A stretch of 61,516 bases of DNA, filler included, from Sphacelaria rigidula (Eukaryota), in assembly GCA_964200075.2 (NCBI GenBank). It is 3 parts of 3 records of this genome, joined end to end, with 100 filler letters (N's around TTAATTAATTAA, not from the genome) between each part and the next. Parts side by side here need not be neighbours in the genome. Positions count along the whole stretch, not along the records: positions 20,562 to 41,016 come from CAXNAA020000530.1; 2 more parts are not named here. The stretch is one strand, 5' to 3'. Below are positions 24,757-37,414 of the stretch, one piece after another. The notes beneath the pieces are model-generated. The model was not told the origin of the DNA and made no database searches. It saw only the letters and a list, made by a program, of their open reading frames with translations. Made by a program: the position numbers and the translations under genes. Numbering within the stretch: the first letter of the stretch is position 1; the number at the start of each line of letters is the position of its first letter.

Positions 24757-25849
24757 CTTCAAATTGAAAACGGCAAAAAATAAGTCTGGGTTTCAGCTGA
24801 CAAGCACCAGTATTGGCATTTGAGTGGACCCCCTCCCCCCTCCCCCCTCAGGAAGGGCCTAGTTGACCATATTTTCTCTGTTGGAGAGGGCTAAATTCGC
24901 CTGACGTATTCTGGTCAACGAGCTACAGTGCATTTCAGTATAGCACAGTGAAAAGTCTAGCGGAAATTCGTCGTTGCACGAAATATCGAAGGTTCGAAGA
25001 TTCGTTCGAGTCGAAATAATATACCCCCAATACCCCCAGCCGGGAAAACCACGCGAGTAGAGACAAGTGTTTCGGCTGGGAACGATGTACCATCTCTGTT
25101 TCTCTCTTCCTCTTTCCATATATGTACACATCACAAACCTCCTTCGAAATATTTCAAGATGACTGACTCGGAAAATTCAACAAACGACGATAATAACAAA
25201 AAAAGAAACGGGTAGCTAGCCCGCACTAAATTATCCCGCGCAAAAACCACGTTCGAAACACGTTTTTTCAGCACCTCTTCCAGGCTTCATCTTTTGCCCA
25301 TGAATGTAATCCGAACCAAAATATACGACAGCAGGCAGTGAAACACAGGACACCAATTTTCCACGTCCCACCCTGGACAACATGTGTCCAAGTTGCTCAA
25401 ATATACAAAAAGTGTACTTGGTGAAGTATAGGCCTATTGCAACTATTGACCATCTATTGTCCAGGATGCGCACCCATCACAAGTCAAATTCCTGCTCCAC
25501 TTTGTCTACACACTACACACTACACACACACCACACACACCACACACCTACTGCACACACGTGAAACGAATGCAAAATATACCACAAAAAAAGTGGCACC
25601 CGGCTACGAGTAGTGGACTATCGGAAATCACCTTCCAAGGGTGCATGCATATGATATGATTGATTCTTGATTCTTGATTGTCGCACTTTCACTCACCCCC
25701 CAGGGGCCCAGGCGTGGTCTCATGATAGACGGATCATAAATATATGTGTATAGAGACGCACATGGATACGTCGACAGCCATTACACTTAGCAGGACAGAA
25801 GTCGCATATCGTAGAACCGACCCTTTTACGTATCCCGCGAGTAACTCAC

Positions 25850-26129
25850 CCGCGCTACCGTACCCCTGTGCACCGAAAACAACGGAGGCAACGGTCCCGC
25901 CGTCCGCGGGCCACCCCGCCCCCGACCACCTCGGCTAACGCCGCGGCCCCCGCCACCCCGATCATCCCTTCCGCCACGGCCACCGCTAAAGCCCGCCCCA
26001 CCGCCTCCAGCCCAGCTTCCTCCACCGCCGCCGGCACCAGCAGCACCGCCAAAATGGCGGCTAGCTGCTTGGGCTGCGCCGACGTACGGCGGCGCTGATC
26101 TATTGACAGGGGGACTTCGGCTTCGAGAC
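25850..26129 (-). CDS. ZCCHC17: ZCCHC17-like exon: RS/RGG region plus start of S1 (LPPLFSVHRGTVAR)
   Basis: GGCAG| ... CGG|GTGAGT; phase 2 in, 0 out. Confidence 0.85.
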
Positions 26130-26437
26130 CTGCCGATCAAGTTCATCGGGGGGTGATGGTTGTTGTTGGTGGTTATGAGAATTCTTCGGCGTTTCAATGG
26201 TTGGGGTTTTGATGGGTTGGGGTCGGGACTCGGTAGTTGGGAAGGAAGGAGGGGGGAACGGGGAATGGGTAGTCGTTGCGTTCCTGCTCTCTGTTTCATG
26301 ACAAGATTTGTTGAGATTGTACAGGTTATCATTAAGAAAAAGCGTCGACAACGCACGTGGGACATACTCATGACATTACACGCACCATTAGAAGGGTGAT
26401 TGCTTTCCCGAACGATCTGTTACTTGCCTATTCATTC

Positions 26438-26755
26438 GGGGAGGGTGGGGGTACTCATGATCATGCATGCCATAGTCATCTGACTATTGACCTCGCATCC
26501 CAACAAAGCCGGGACGGACCACGCCGGGTTTTGACCGGACCAGGCTCGCACTCAATCACCAAGCGCGAAGCGCTGTGATGCGTTCGGCGAGTCGCATGAA
26601 GGGTGAGCTGCATCCTTCTAAAATAATATTGTTCGGCAAGAAGGGTGCAGACTATGTTGCATGTGGGTGACAGCCTACAATGAGTTGCTTGATTTTCTAG
26701 TATCGCCACTTCTACAGACAACCACGACTCATACACTGCCTCATGGGTGTCTCAC
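26438..26755 (-). mobile_element. ~310-bp LINE-tail element, full copy
   Basis: Matches the reverse complement of 36165-36476 end to end. Confidence 0.8.
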
Positions 26756-26925
26756 AAATGAAAATTGATGGTTCGACTCGAGACAGTCGGTGTGCTACCC
26801 CCAACATAGCAGAAGTACGCAGCACACGTATCCCCCAGAACATCCCCTCTTGACACCAGACAACACACAGACACAATCTCTAAGAGACGCCGACACACAC
26901 CACACCACACCCAATAACTCCACAC

Positions 26926-27150
26926 CTGGTTGTCTTCGACCCCCTGCTACCCCCGTTTTCCTCCGGACGCCCTCCCTGCAGCCCACCCGCCACGGTACCC
27001 TGGGCCGTCAACCATGCAGGTAGCGTCGCTCCGCGCCCACGCCCTCGCCCCACGGGCACCGGCACAATATTCGCAAGCCTGTCATTTCCCCCAACACCCG
27101 CACCACCCCCGATCGCGCGGGAGTCGTTCGACGCGAGGCCGGCCACCGAC
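26926..27150 (-). CDS. ZCCHC17-like N-terminal exon (GRGRGRGATLPAWLT)
   Basis: CGCAG| ... AG|GTGTGG; phase 2 to 2. Confidence 0.75.
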
Positions 27151-27299
27151 CTGCGGTTGTCATTGGGCGGGGTGAGGGGGGGGGTGGGGAGCACGACATT
27201 GATGCGGAGAGAAGATGCCTCAGCACTCAATTTTGAAAACGTTTCGAGTTTTGAATGACAAATGAGTGCGGTGAATGGTGTATGTTCGGGCAAAAAACT

Positions 27300-27840
27300 C
27301 CCAACATTTGGGCGCTCATCACGCTTCTTCCACGCATCACGAACAAAAAAAACTTGTGCATAACTCATCCCCGTCTTGTTTCGCCATCCGTGGCAACCAT
27401 ATATCTCCTTATATAGCCATCGTTTGTTCCCTACCGTCCAATGTACCAACAACTCCATGATACCTTCGTTCACTTCCTAGCTTCCCTCTCCAACGCGTCC
27501 CGTTCTTCCTTATATGGTCAACATTCTCCCACTATATGAGTCCTTTCCTCTACTGCCTTGCCACAGGGGCAATTCTGCGCATCTACTTCCTCCACTCGAC
27601 TTCTGGTACAACTTATTCTTCTTTGTGGCAAGTCCAGGTCTCACCAGCAATCGCACTTCCAGTTATTTCGCGGTCCATGGGGCCATGCAAATGTGTTTAA
27701 ATCCCTTTCCCCTCTCTCAACCTCTCGTATATCTTCAGGTGTTCTTCCTCGTCTATTTCCCGCCTCAGCGTTTCTCTCACTTATCTTCACCATGTCGCTC
27801 ACTCTTGGGCTTTGAAATATTTTTGCTTGATACCATAGAA
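27300..27840 (-). pseudogene. Degenerate LINE ORF2 C-terminal fragment
   Basis: Across frameshifts the minus strand reads KHLKIY...LHGPMD...DAQNCPCGKAVEERTHIVGEC...YKEERDAL...WKKRDERPNVG, which includes a CxC-x7-H-x4-C zinc knuckle typical of non-LTR ORF2 ends. Confidence 0.75.
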
Positions 27841-29150
27841 CATATCATCGCAACCTCAAGTACATGGGCACGTTCTTCCACAAGTCACCTCCAGGATGCG
27901 CCAGGGTTCAAGAATAGCGTCAACGGGCCTTCCCGACAAATAAAACAGAAAATCGCGTGCTCCTACAGGGTACCCACCGCACAGATACAGCAGCCGCACG
28001 ACCCAGCATCGTTCGTGCAGAACTTTATCCAAAAACGACAGAACAATACCGTCTCATACGCACAGCGCCCCAGATTACAGTTACTGTACACAGTGATCCG
28101 GATTTTTCATGTATGTTTCGTCGTCATACTCCAAACGCACCCCTTTTTGCGCCCATTTTCCCTGGTATGTATCTCACATCGAGTTTGCCGTCGCTCAAAG
28201 GTACCAAAGAAATGGAAAGTAGCAAGAACTCAACGTTCAACAAAACTGCCTCATCGCCCACTACTTTTCGCCATTACTGAGGGGTCTAAAACTCTCAGGC
28301 CACGAGCCATACTCCTTTCCCGCTGATCTTTCAGACAAAATGCGCATTTCTCACAGTCCAGGGAGCACCCAGGCATCACATTTTTTGGGGCGGGGAGAGC
28401 AAAATACGGAGATCTCACAATTGTTCCCAAGTCGACAGCGTATTTGTCACCAACTCGGGCAGCGCCCGGCCATTTTTCCCCCCACTTTTCCTGGATAATG
28501 AGTAGGTACACCTGAGATATGATGGAGAACAACACAGTCGCATGCGTGGCACCACTCCCCCCCACACACACATCCTTCCCCCAGTGTTCTTCTCCGTTTG
28601 AAAGTTTTGAAGGGTATGGCTCCTAGAAAATGTCGGTACGCACCCCCCTTGCCATAACAGGGGAATATTATCTAAATAGCAAAACGTGGGTGGTACTACA
28701 GAGTCTTGGGTATTTCTCGCTTGAGCATCACCTACCAATCGAACGCCTGACTAACCGATCAAATTGGCGGAGCCAACCGTTTTGAGCGCCCCCGGTAGAT
28801 GGACGCCCGAGCCAGGCAGTCACTTTCAAGCGACCACGGTGCCGATTCGACACTCGGACATTCCCGGACGGTCAGGGGTCAGAATATAAAAACTACTACT
28901 AATACAAACTACCATTAATATTAAGCGATCAGAGTCCGTTTTTCTGGACTAGGTTTGAAGATAGTTGGACTCGGTTTGAAAATAGACTAATTGATTCAAT
29001 CAATTGTCGCACAAGAACTGATCCCTCATGACCCCGGCCAAGGTCACAACACAATATTCGCGTGCCCTAAGCACAAATAAAGCGAAAACAGAAACACTCG
29101 CTGACGGAAAGTCGAGAGAACCAACGAACTGCTCTTGTGTGCCTCTACAC

Positions 29151-29428
29151 CTGTCGCCGCCTGTCCGTGACCCCGGTCGGGACCTCGATCCTCCCCCCCC
29201 CGCGCCATCTCCACCGCCGCCGCCATTCCTATCCCTCCTTCTACTGGAACTTCCACTCGGGCTACGACTGTCCGACCGTCGGCGCTTCCCTGCCCCCTCG
29301 CGACTGCGGCTGCGGCTGCGGGTACCGCCACCATGATTGCCACCACTGGTACCATTGTTGCTGCTGCTGGTGAGTCCCATTGTCATCCATGCCGGTTTGG
29401 TCATGGCAAGCCCGCGCCCTACCCCTCT
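29151..29428 (-). CDS. ZCCHC17-like N-terminal exon (RGVGRGLAMTKPAWMT...RSRSRS...)
   Basis: CACAG| ... AG|GTGTAG; phase 0 in, 2 out; RS/G-rich. Confidence 0.72.
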
Positions 29429-29514
29429 CTGTGTTTGGAAAGGTTTAGGCAGGTATTCAGCGTGTACGAGCCGGGGGACGGGGGGAACGGAGGAGACGGA
29501 GGTGGTTTACTCAC

Positions 29515-29604
29515 TTCGCAAAGTAGGCATAGATAACGTGGTTCATCATGATCTTTCCTTGACGGTGGAAGCCCAAGTCTGCGGAAGTGGAACTGGACGT
29601 TCAT
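29515..29604 (-). CDS. Candidate first exon of the ZCCHC17-like gene (coding or 5' UTR)
   Basis: Strong donor GAA|GTGAGT 86 nt upstream of the next acceptor; in-frame ATG (MNVQFHFRR...); start codon uncertain. Confidence 0.4.
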
Positions 29605-31584
29605 GATGCGACCAACAACGCCTGTGCTCAAAACACGGCAGGAACACAGACATGAATGCACAGCAGCTTGAAAGAATACACGACGGAGCGTAATGCAGGC
29701 CCCCAAAATGATAATACACAAACGCATATTCACACAGTGGGAATTCCAGCATCGTGCAGTGAACACACGTCATTTATCCTGGAACCCCCAAGCATACTGA
29801 TACGGTGCAAGTACTTGATACGAGTACGAAACAGAGGATCGGACTTGGAACCAGTGATTTTGACCACACCGTAGTGAGACCCCGTACTAAAGGACCGCAC
29901 TCTCGTGGGATCTCCACGTTATAAATAGCGCAATGTCCTGAGTAATTATAGTACATATGACTGGCGTACTGTACAGGTCAGGTGTTGACTCCTTGAGCGG
30001 CCAAGGACTTCTGTTCCGATAATCTAACCTGACAGTCCCGTGGACATTTGGAGTATGACAGTTGCTTGCGTCGACAGCGTTTTAACGGCAGCTGGGCGCT
30101 AACTCAGGCAGCCATTCCGAACCCCTACAGAACCGCCACGCCACCAAAAGGACATCTGCAAGACTGGGTGCGAAGGGGCCCACCAACTCCAGGCCATGAC
30201 CTGCCCTCCTCCCTACCTCTTTCTGAGGCTCTTGAGAATGACAAAGACCCCAAAATGGATGGCATGATTTTTTCCCTTACTGTGCCCGATTGAACATCAC
30301 CTTCACCGAAGGATCGCTTGTGCGCGAGCAGCTCAGAATCGAGGAGTTTTCGTATTTCCGTTCTCTCTTGAGGCGGCGGCCGTGGGTTTCTGGCCGCTGG
30401 ATTTTTAATTTCTAGTCGAGAGGTGGACCACGAATCGCACTGTATGCTGCAAAAAGGCGGAATAATCAAAGCCGCCTGCTGTACGAACACACAACACACA
30501 AGAAATGGATCATTTCCCTAGGGCTCGATAGGTACTCCTCAACACTCTCCTGCCGACTACTGTACTATACTTGCTGCGTGTACTGTATAGTACAGTACAG
30601 TACAGTACAGTACAGTACAGTACGCGCATGCAATGGGGGTGTAGCGCAGTGGGTTGCCAGCCTCGCATGACCGCACTATTGTGGGACCCTCACCTATAAT
30701 GGGACCCCGCGCTATGTCCTCCGCTGCATTGTTACTGCACAGTACATGATATCGCAATCATCTATCGTATCACGGGGGTACCCCCCTCCTTCGAAGAGGG
30801 GGTACAAGGAAGGTACACCCCCCCCTACAAGTCGAAGGGGGTGGGTTCCGGCCTGTAATTTGTAGGGGCCCTTGCTGGGTGCTGTAAGAAAGTATCCTAC
30901 GCACAGTACCGAATGACAGTAGAATTTGAAACATATCTGTCGGCCCAAACAAGCGGTGGTTGAATCGAAGCCTGGTTATGGTGTGGACCATCATCAGGTC
31001 ATTACAGGTCTCATAATTTCGAATCCCCAACCCGCCTGCGCGCAGCTTGCACAGCAATATACGATAGTCCACGCGAGTTCATCGCCATTATTACGGCTGA
31101 AAAATACTTGGTTTTGATCTGCGGAGATTGTCAGATTCAGATCTTTAAAGGGCTGGAAGTCCTGAGAGCTCTCATGCTGCGTAGCAAGCATTCTTGCCCA
31201 AAGCGGCACTTTCCCAAAGAGCTAAGCATCTCCAAAGACTCCCCTCGACGATAAGGCCCTTCTACATCGGCATTGACGTGAGTAAATACTGTAGATACCA
31301 CCACCACCGCCGCCACCGGTGACAACAACAACGATGACAACGGCCACAGGACGTGCGCGACGATGCAAATAGTCTTCACGTCTTTCGGAAATGGGCACGA
31401 GAGAACAGCGAGCGAGGCCGTATACATGCAAACTTACATGGCGTTCACCACAGTCAACCGCCCCCGTTACTCGAAACAACACCGAATGGCGCACGTGTTA
31501 TTATCCACATATACAGCGGCTAATCATGACAAGAGAAAAAAAAACTTCGAACCCGTACCCCGATTACTGATGCCAAGTGTGTGT

Positions 31585-31916
31585 TGTCGTCTTATCTATC
31601 CTGGACGCTGGTCTACACCTTTCGGTATATGTGGGCGCACCAGCCAGGGTCACACAGGAGGCAGGCCAACACGCGATTTTTTTTTTTTTGTAGTTTCAAC
31701 CTTTCTTCTGCGGTGCTTGCCTCAAGTTTTGATCGCGAGAGAGGTGCAGCGGTCCCTTCCCCTCGTCGATCATTCAGTCGAATTTTGTGTACCAACGACA
31801 TAGTCCCTCTCCACCGTTGGGCGCTGTGTGAGAAAAAAACCCTTCGTCACTCCGACATTTGAACCCAGGACCCAACCGTCAGAGGGTTTCGAGGTTACCA
31901 ACTGAGCCACCGGGGC
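31585..31916 (-). mobile_element. tRNA-derived SINE, family A
   Basis: Minus-strand head GCCCCGGTGGCTCAGTTGGTAA...GGGTTCAAAT (A and B boxes); body shared with three other copies. Confidence 0.8.
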
Positions 31917-32282
31917 GAATAAAAACGAACAATCGGCAGTGGAAATCTACCGTCAGTTGGCAGCCGTGAGTGCAATGACGGTTCGGGACGTGAAGCTCAC
32001 TAATAAACCAAGTACATGAGATTATATATTTCCGCAAAGCCTCCAAATGCTTTTTTTTCAATAGGTCGTACTTCATCAGGCACGCCCATTGATGAAGAAT
32101 ATCATCAGTGTTGTGTTACACCCATGCCCCGAAAAAAGGCTCAGAAACGCAGTCTCGTATTCCCCGGCCCATGCAGAAAACAGAGTTCTTCCACCAATCG
32201 ACACCGTCCCCTGAAAATGTTGGCGTGCTTGAACACAGGTACATCTGATGTGGTCTTCGTTTGTCCTCAATATCTTTTCTAG

Positions 32283-32421
32283 ACTGCCCTCCCAACCTCC
32301 TTCAAGGCGGGTGGCGATATGGCGCGCCCGGTTTTCCCCAAACTCCCAGCGTACGCAACCATGGCGCCCGCAGAATCGATTCTCTACTGGCCTATTTGAT
32401 CATCTGGGTCGTACAAAGCAG
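32283..32421 (+). CDS. Unknown gene B candidate exon (CPPNLLQGGWRY...IDSLLAYLIIWVVQS)
   Basis: TTCTAG| ... AG|GTCCGG; phase 1 to 2 fits the next exon; two frames are open. Confidence 0.4.
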
Positions 32422-33901
32422 GTCCGGATCTTCATTTGGGCTGGCCCAGCTATTTCCTAATACTAAGGCCATCACTTAGGGCGTGTCTTAGCACATTTTC
32501 TTCTGTCGAAGACGTGCCGTGGAAAAGAAGAATCCGATCTGAGATAGAACATCATGAAGAAATAAATCAGATCTGATGAAGTCGTCGTTTATCTCAACGT
32601 CACTTGAGTTGACATGGCCACCAACCACATCTACTTTTTTTCTCCGCTGTCGTTTTCGATCGAAAAAATTTGTGGCCAAGAGACGGCCCAACACCACAGG
32701 TAACTTCAAGGAAGGTCAACCGTGAACCCTCGGGCAAGGGGGCATCCGCTTTAGTTAGGTCCCGATTTCAGCAAAAAGGCATTGCGGCACTTTGTGCCAA
32801 CGTGCTGCGCCGTGGTACGAGAGCCTCTCCTGCATCCCAGGAAACTGGGTGTAGTAGAGGCATCTCAATCTCGAGATTCCTTGTATATTTGAAAGTAATT
32901 TACATTCAAATATATCGGTGACCTCGAGTTTGAGATACCACTAGTAAAAACTGCAGTACATCGTAAAAGTGGTTTTGGTCAAGGATCCCTGTACAGACAA
33001 ATTGATGAATATCTCCAGAGTACAGACAAGTTCGGAAACCATTTATATATCAAATGAAAGCTGAGAGCAAGAGCTTTCGTTTGAACATACTGTTCTCTGC
33101 TCCTATGAAGATGGGGTCGATAAATGCGGAGTCGAATATTCCTTGAAAATGCGGTGAAACTACGGAAGAGGGATTTTGACGACTTCAAAATTCGATGTGG
33201 CAAAAATTAAATATCATTTTTGGAACCGCCGCGAAAAACGGGTTCTACAAAAATTAGCCCGGAAAAGTGGTTCGTCTGTACAGAACCACTATTTTTCAAA
33301 TTTTGAAATGCACTGTTTTGGCCAAGGTTAAGGTCAATTGGTACCCTGCGAGCAAGAGTTGACTTATGCCCGGACGGCACTTGGCCATGCGTGCGACAGG
33401 AGTTCAGCGAATACATGAGGTAAATTCATGATAAAACGATACTTGCAGTTTTTCAAAGTTTAGGAAAAAAAAGTAATTAAAGGAGAGAAAATGCTGCGGT
33501 CAGGGGTTCGAGACCGAGTTTGGTCAACCATTTTTCTTTTCTTTCCTTCACAAAGCTCGCTACTCTTGAAGCCTCTGCGATGGGCTCTCGTAGTATGTTT
33601 TTTTTCTTCTCAAACGCAGTCAAAAGTTTAGGAGGGTCAACTGTACAGGGATCCTCGACCAGTACCACTATAGCACGCCTCGTTCTGTTAGTTTTGGGTG
33701 GAATGAGGTCTCCAGCCACCACGGCTGTATCCTCACCGATTCAGAGGACTCCCTGCACCCGCGAAGAGGGCTGTCTACCCTACTTGACGACTCCAGGGCT
33801 CAACCGTAACCTGCTTGCTGCTTGGCGGGCGGGATGGCCACATCTTCCCGGCCCCCTTACTTCCCTCTAGTGCTTGCGTTGTTCGTGTTTATTTTGAAAA
33901 G

Positions 33902-34007
33902 TGATCATGAGGAGCTCTGGGGTGTGCAGGTTGCAGTCGAGAGCGTGTTCTTCGAGAAAAGCATCCATCAGCTAGCTGTACATTTACGGTTCTCCTCAGA
34001 CCATCTG
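33902..34007 (+). CDS. Unknown gene B candidate exon (DHEELWGVQVAVESVFFEK...SDHL)
   Basis: AAAAG| ... CTG|GTATGG; phase 2 to 0. Confidence 0.45.
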
Positions 34008-34270
34008 GTATGGCAGTAAAACAAAAACGAATCTGTACGCAGATCGGGGGACCCCGAGTCCGGGAACGCCTTTTGTGGTGGACCCCCATTTACCCAAATG
34101 GGGGACGCTCAGATTCGTGCATCACGATTTGAGAACACTTTCCCCTAAATCTGAGCGCAGATCGGGGGAAAATCGAGGTCCCCCGGATCTGCAGGAAGTG
34201 ACGTACGTACCGTGACGTACGGTGATAAGTTAACAGGCGTTTGATATTTTGTAACCGCAGCAGCAGACAG

Positions 34271-34376
34271 TCTCGTGACAGCGCAGAGCGTGCCAGCCAG
34301 TGCAAGCTGCTGAAGCAGCTTCGCACGGTGTTTGACAAGCGGATAAGAAGTGTTGACGCCGTACCCTGCTGCGATG
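34271..34376 (+). CDS. Unknown gene B candidate exon (SRDSAERASQCKLLKQLRTVFDKRIRSVDAVPCCD)
   Basis: GACAG| ... G|GTGATC; phase 0 to 1. Confidence 0.5.
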
Positions 34377-36164
34377 GTGATCATTTAAGCTGCACTGTCC
34401 CACTGTATGTATCATCATAACAAACAGCATTGTACTATCTTACACTACTACCTGTGCTATACGAGAAGCTTATGATGAACACGTATGCTGACTAACTCAA
34501 CCACCAGCACAATGATAAACGTCACGTGTCTTCATAAAATCAGTCAGCATCACATGTCATACTCCGGAGTATGATTCAGTCATACACGATGCAGCCAAAG
34601 GCTCGCCACGAAGAGCACGCGCTATACCCACCAAAACGAGTTCTCCCGTCTCCGAGAAGAAATAATTGTTTTTTTTTTCCCCCGACAAGGAACCTGTTTG
34701 GTGAAACAGCTGCAAAGATAAGACACAAAATCATGACTCATCCTTTTCCCGAAAAACGTCGACGTTCCACGGATTTTCTGCGGGTATCCTGTTCTTCCCA
34801 TGTAAATATTTTTGACACACAAACACGACAGTAGACCTAAGGAAATGGTCGGGAACAATGATTGGTGCTTGATTTCAGAGTGAACGCCGATATTTGGATT
34901 TTTAGAGGATTTGACAGTCCCAAGTGCTTCTAGCTCGTCCAGAACGTGTTTTCGTCCAAAATCAGCGCCTGCGCCGATGTGAGGTCACGCAACGCACACT
35001 TTGCCTCGGAATCACTCTGCACCCTCCTTGTCCAACGGTTCTCTGTATGCCTTGGTGGAGGTTAGGGGTGAGGTCAGCGTTAGGGTTGGCACCTCCATAG
35101 TATCAACCATTGTTTACGACCATTTCTTCAGGTCTCCTCAAAGACGAAAGCAAGCTACAGAGACGATTACCGCTCTTCACATGACCGGCGTTCTACGTAT
35201 GTTTTCATGTGTCGAAGTCCATGACCCGGTTTAATGATGATATTATAGCGTGAAATCTTCAATTTCGCCGTTAGGTTCAAAGATTGGTCATGATGAAGAA
35301 GAAAAAAAATCAAAAGGCATCAGATGCCCAGCACAGAGTACTGCGCAGATATCGAAACGATTTTTCAATATGAAGACAATAACAACAACGACAGCAACAA
35401 GAGCGGGTCACGTGCATTTCCATACAGGCCCGGGTGGATCCGGTAAGCCGGGTTGTCATGTGAAATGACTACTGTTGGTGCAACAGATGCCTCTTGGGGG
35501 TACCGCGTGCCGTGTCGGAAGAAACAAGATGCCGCTCCACCAATTTTTGTTGGTGAATTTGGGCGTGAAAAAAAAAAAAAATCGGAAGAAATTTTGCCTC
35601 GGGCTGAAACATTTCCCCGACGTCCAAGGCAGCAGTTCACATGCGAACCAGCGGATTCAACGGCGTTTTCTCTCATTGAAGCATGACCGTGTAGGGTTGC
35701 TGCCCAGTTCGAACACCGTCACGTGACATCTACTTTTTCCTGCTTTTTGAAGAGATCAGTCACATGATGATTATGCCCACGTCAAACATGGTCATGTGAA
35801 AGATTCGCTTGGACGCTGAAGGCAGAGATAGTGTAACAGAAGAAGCACGTACACATGCGGATTATGGGATAAGTACGCGTGTATCTCGTATCTGAGTTAC
35901 GGATTTGGAGCTACGAAACAAACATAAATCCACACTATGGCAGTGTATGTTCGGCGTAATGCGAATTTCCGAAATAAGGACATGTGTCAACAAATGAGAA
36001 CGGGGTGTTCGGCCACGAGTACAAGGATAGAGAGTTTTGGCGGAAGGATACTTCCATCTACACAAATGCACGCGAGCACTCGTGCATGAGCTTGTGAGAG
36101 GTTACAGCCTCGAATCTATCAAGTAAATGCTGGAAAGCGTTTTGGTGGTCATTCGATACTCGCG

Positions 36165-36476
36165 GTGAGACACCCATGAGGGAGTGTGTAAGCCGTGGCT
36201 GTGTATGGAAGTAGCAATACCAGAAAATGAAGAAACTCAGTGGAGGGTGTCATCCAAATGCAAGATAGTCAGCACCCTTCAGGCCAAACAATCTCAGCAG
36301 GATGCAGCTCACCCTTAATGCGACTCGCCGAGCACATCATGGCGCTTCGCGCTTCGCGGTTCGAGTGCGAGCCTGGTCCGGCGAAAACCCGGCGTGCTCC
36401 GTCCCGGCTTTGTCGGGATGCGAGGTCAAAGGTCATATGATTATGGCGTGCAAGATCATGAGTACAACCCCCTCCC
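36165..36476 (+). mobile_element. ~310-bp non-autonomous element with LINE-like 3' tail (reference copy)
   Basis: Begins GTGAGACACCCATGAG, ends ATGAGTAC plus a C-rich tract; six copies in the window. Confidence 0.8.
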
Positions 36477-36936
36477 AAAGCAGAGGGAAGAATGCATGCG
36501 TGCCTGCATACTCATGTCCGTCGAAACGTTCGCCCCAATGGATAAAGCGAAAGACCCACTTCAGTGCGGTCATATTGCGCCATTGCGATCACGCACTTTC
36601 AGCATGTGTACCAGTACAGTAGTGCAGGGTCCCCTGATAGTGCAGTCGCAAGAGCTTGGCAACCCACCGCACAATGCTGGGACCCCCACGGTATATCCAT
36701 GGTTGGACATGCGTACACCCGAACAGCTTCGGAACAAGAGTTGAAAATGGCCGAACACAAGGTTTCTAAATACCCAATTGATTCGAACTTGCAACATCTC
36801 GAAAGTCCTCCACGAGTCATACGGCAGCTACCGGGAGGCAAGGGATGTGTGTACGTAGGGGGGAGGTTGCTATCAACCCTCTCCCTTGATGGACGGTGGC
36901 TTGGATCGTCTTTTTTTTCCATTTCACGCCTACCAG

Positions 36937-37191
36937 CCTCTCATCCGGTGGAGGTCGGTAGAATCCACTGGAAAATGGCTGCTACAGTCCCATGGTCAAT
37001 TGCACGAGCGACAGCTCGCGATCGCAGCCATGCCGGTGGAGCAGGCGACAGTGATTCCCTGGGCAATGAGTGGATGACGACAATGCCGGGGGTTGATGAG
37101 GCCGCTTTGACTTTTGTTGAGTTTGTTTTGCGCCACAGGAGAGAAACCACAGCCATCATAGGGGCACTTGCTCTGTCGCTCGCTTTAGCAC
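36937..37191 (+). CDS. Unknown gene B candidate exon (SHPVEVGRIHW...EAALTFVEFVLRHRRETTAIIGALALSLALA)
   Basis: Strong polypyrimidine tract + CCAG|, donor C|GTACTT; phase 1 to 1. Confidence 0.5.
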
Positions 37192-37414
37192 GTACTTTTA
37201 TTGTCCATGAAATCAGGTTTTTTTTTTTTGTCTTCTCATTACAAGTCGTCCCCAAGTTCGTGCAGAACAACTATGGAGTAAAGAAGGAAAAGTCGAAGGA
37301 TGAAGGCGTTTTGGCGAAAGAAAACAAAAAATGAAATCATTTCACCACCACACGTGGTCAATCGGGTCCCTCACCCAAACTACTCCAAAGTCTATTATAT
37401 ACTCTTCGAGACTT

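Noticed and set aside
27514..28326. 270-aa plus-strand ORF
   Set aside because: Largely the antisense shadow of a degenerate LINE ORF2 fragment plus adjacent intronic sequence; the translation is not protein-like.
31845..31916. tRNA-like sequences here and at ~51180-51252 and ~20968-21035
   Set aside because: A/B boxes are present but I could not build a complete cloverleaf, and each continues into a shared repeat body. They are SINE heads.
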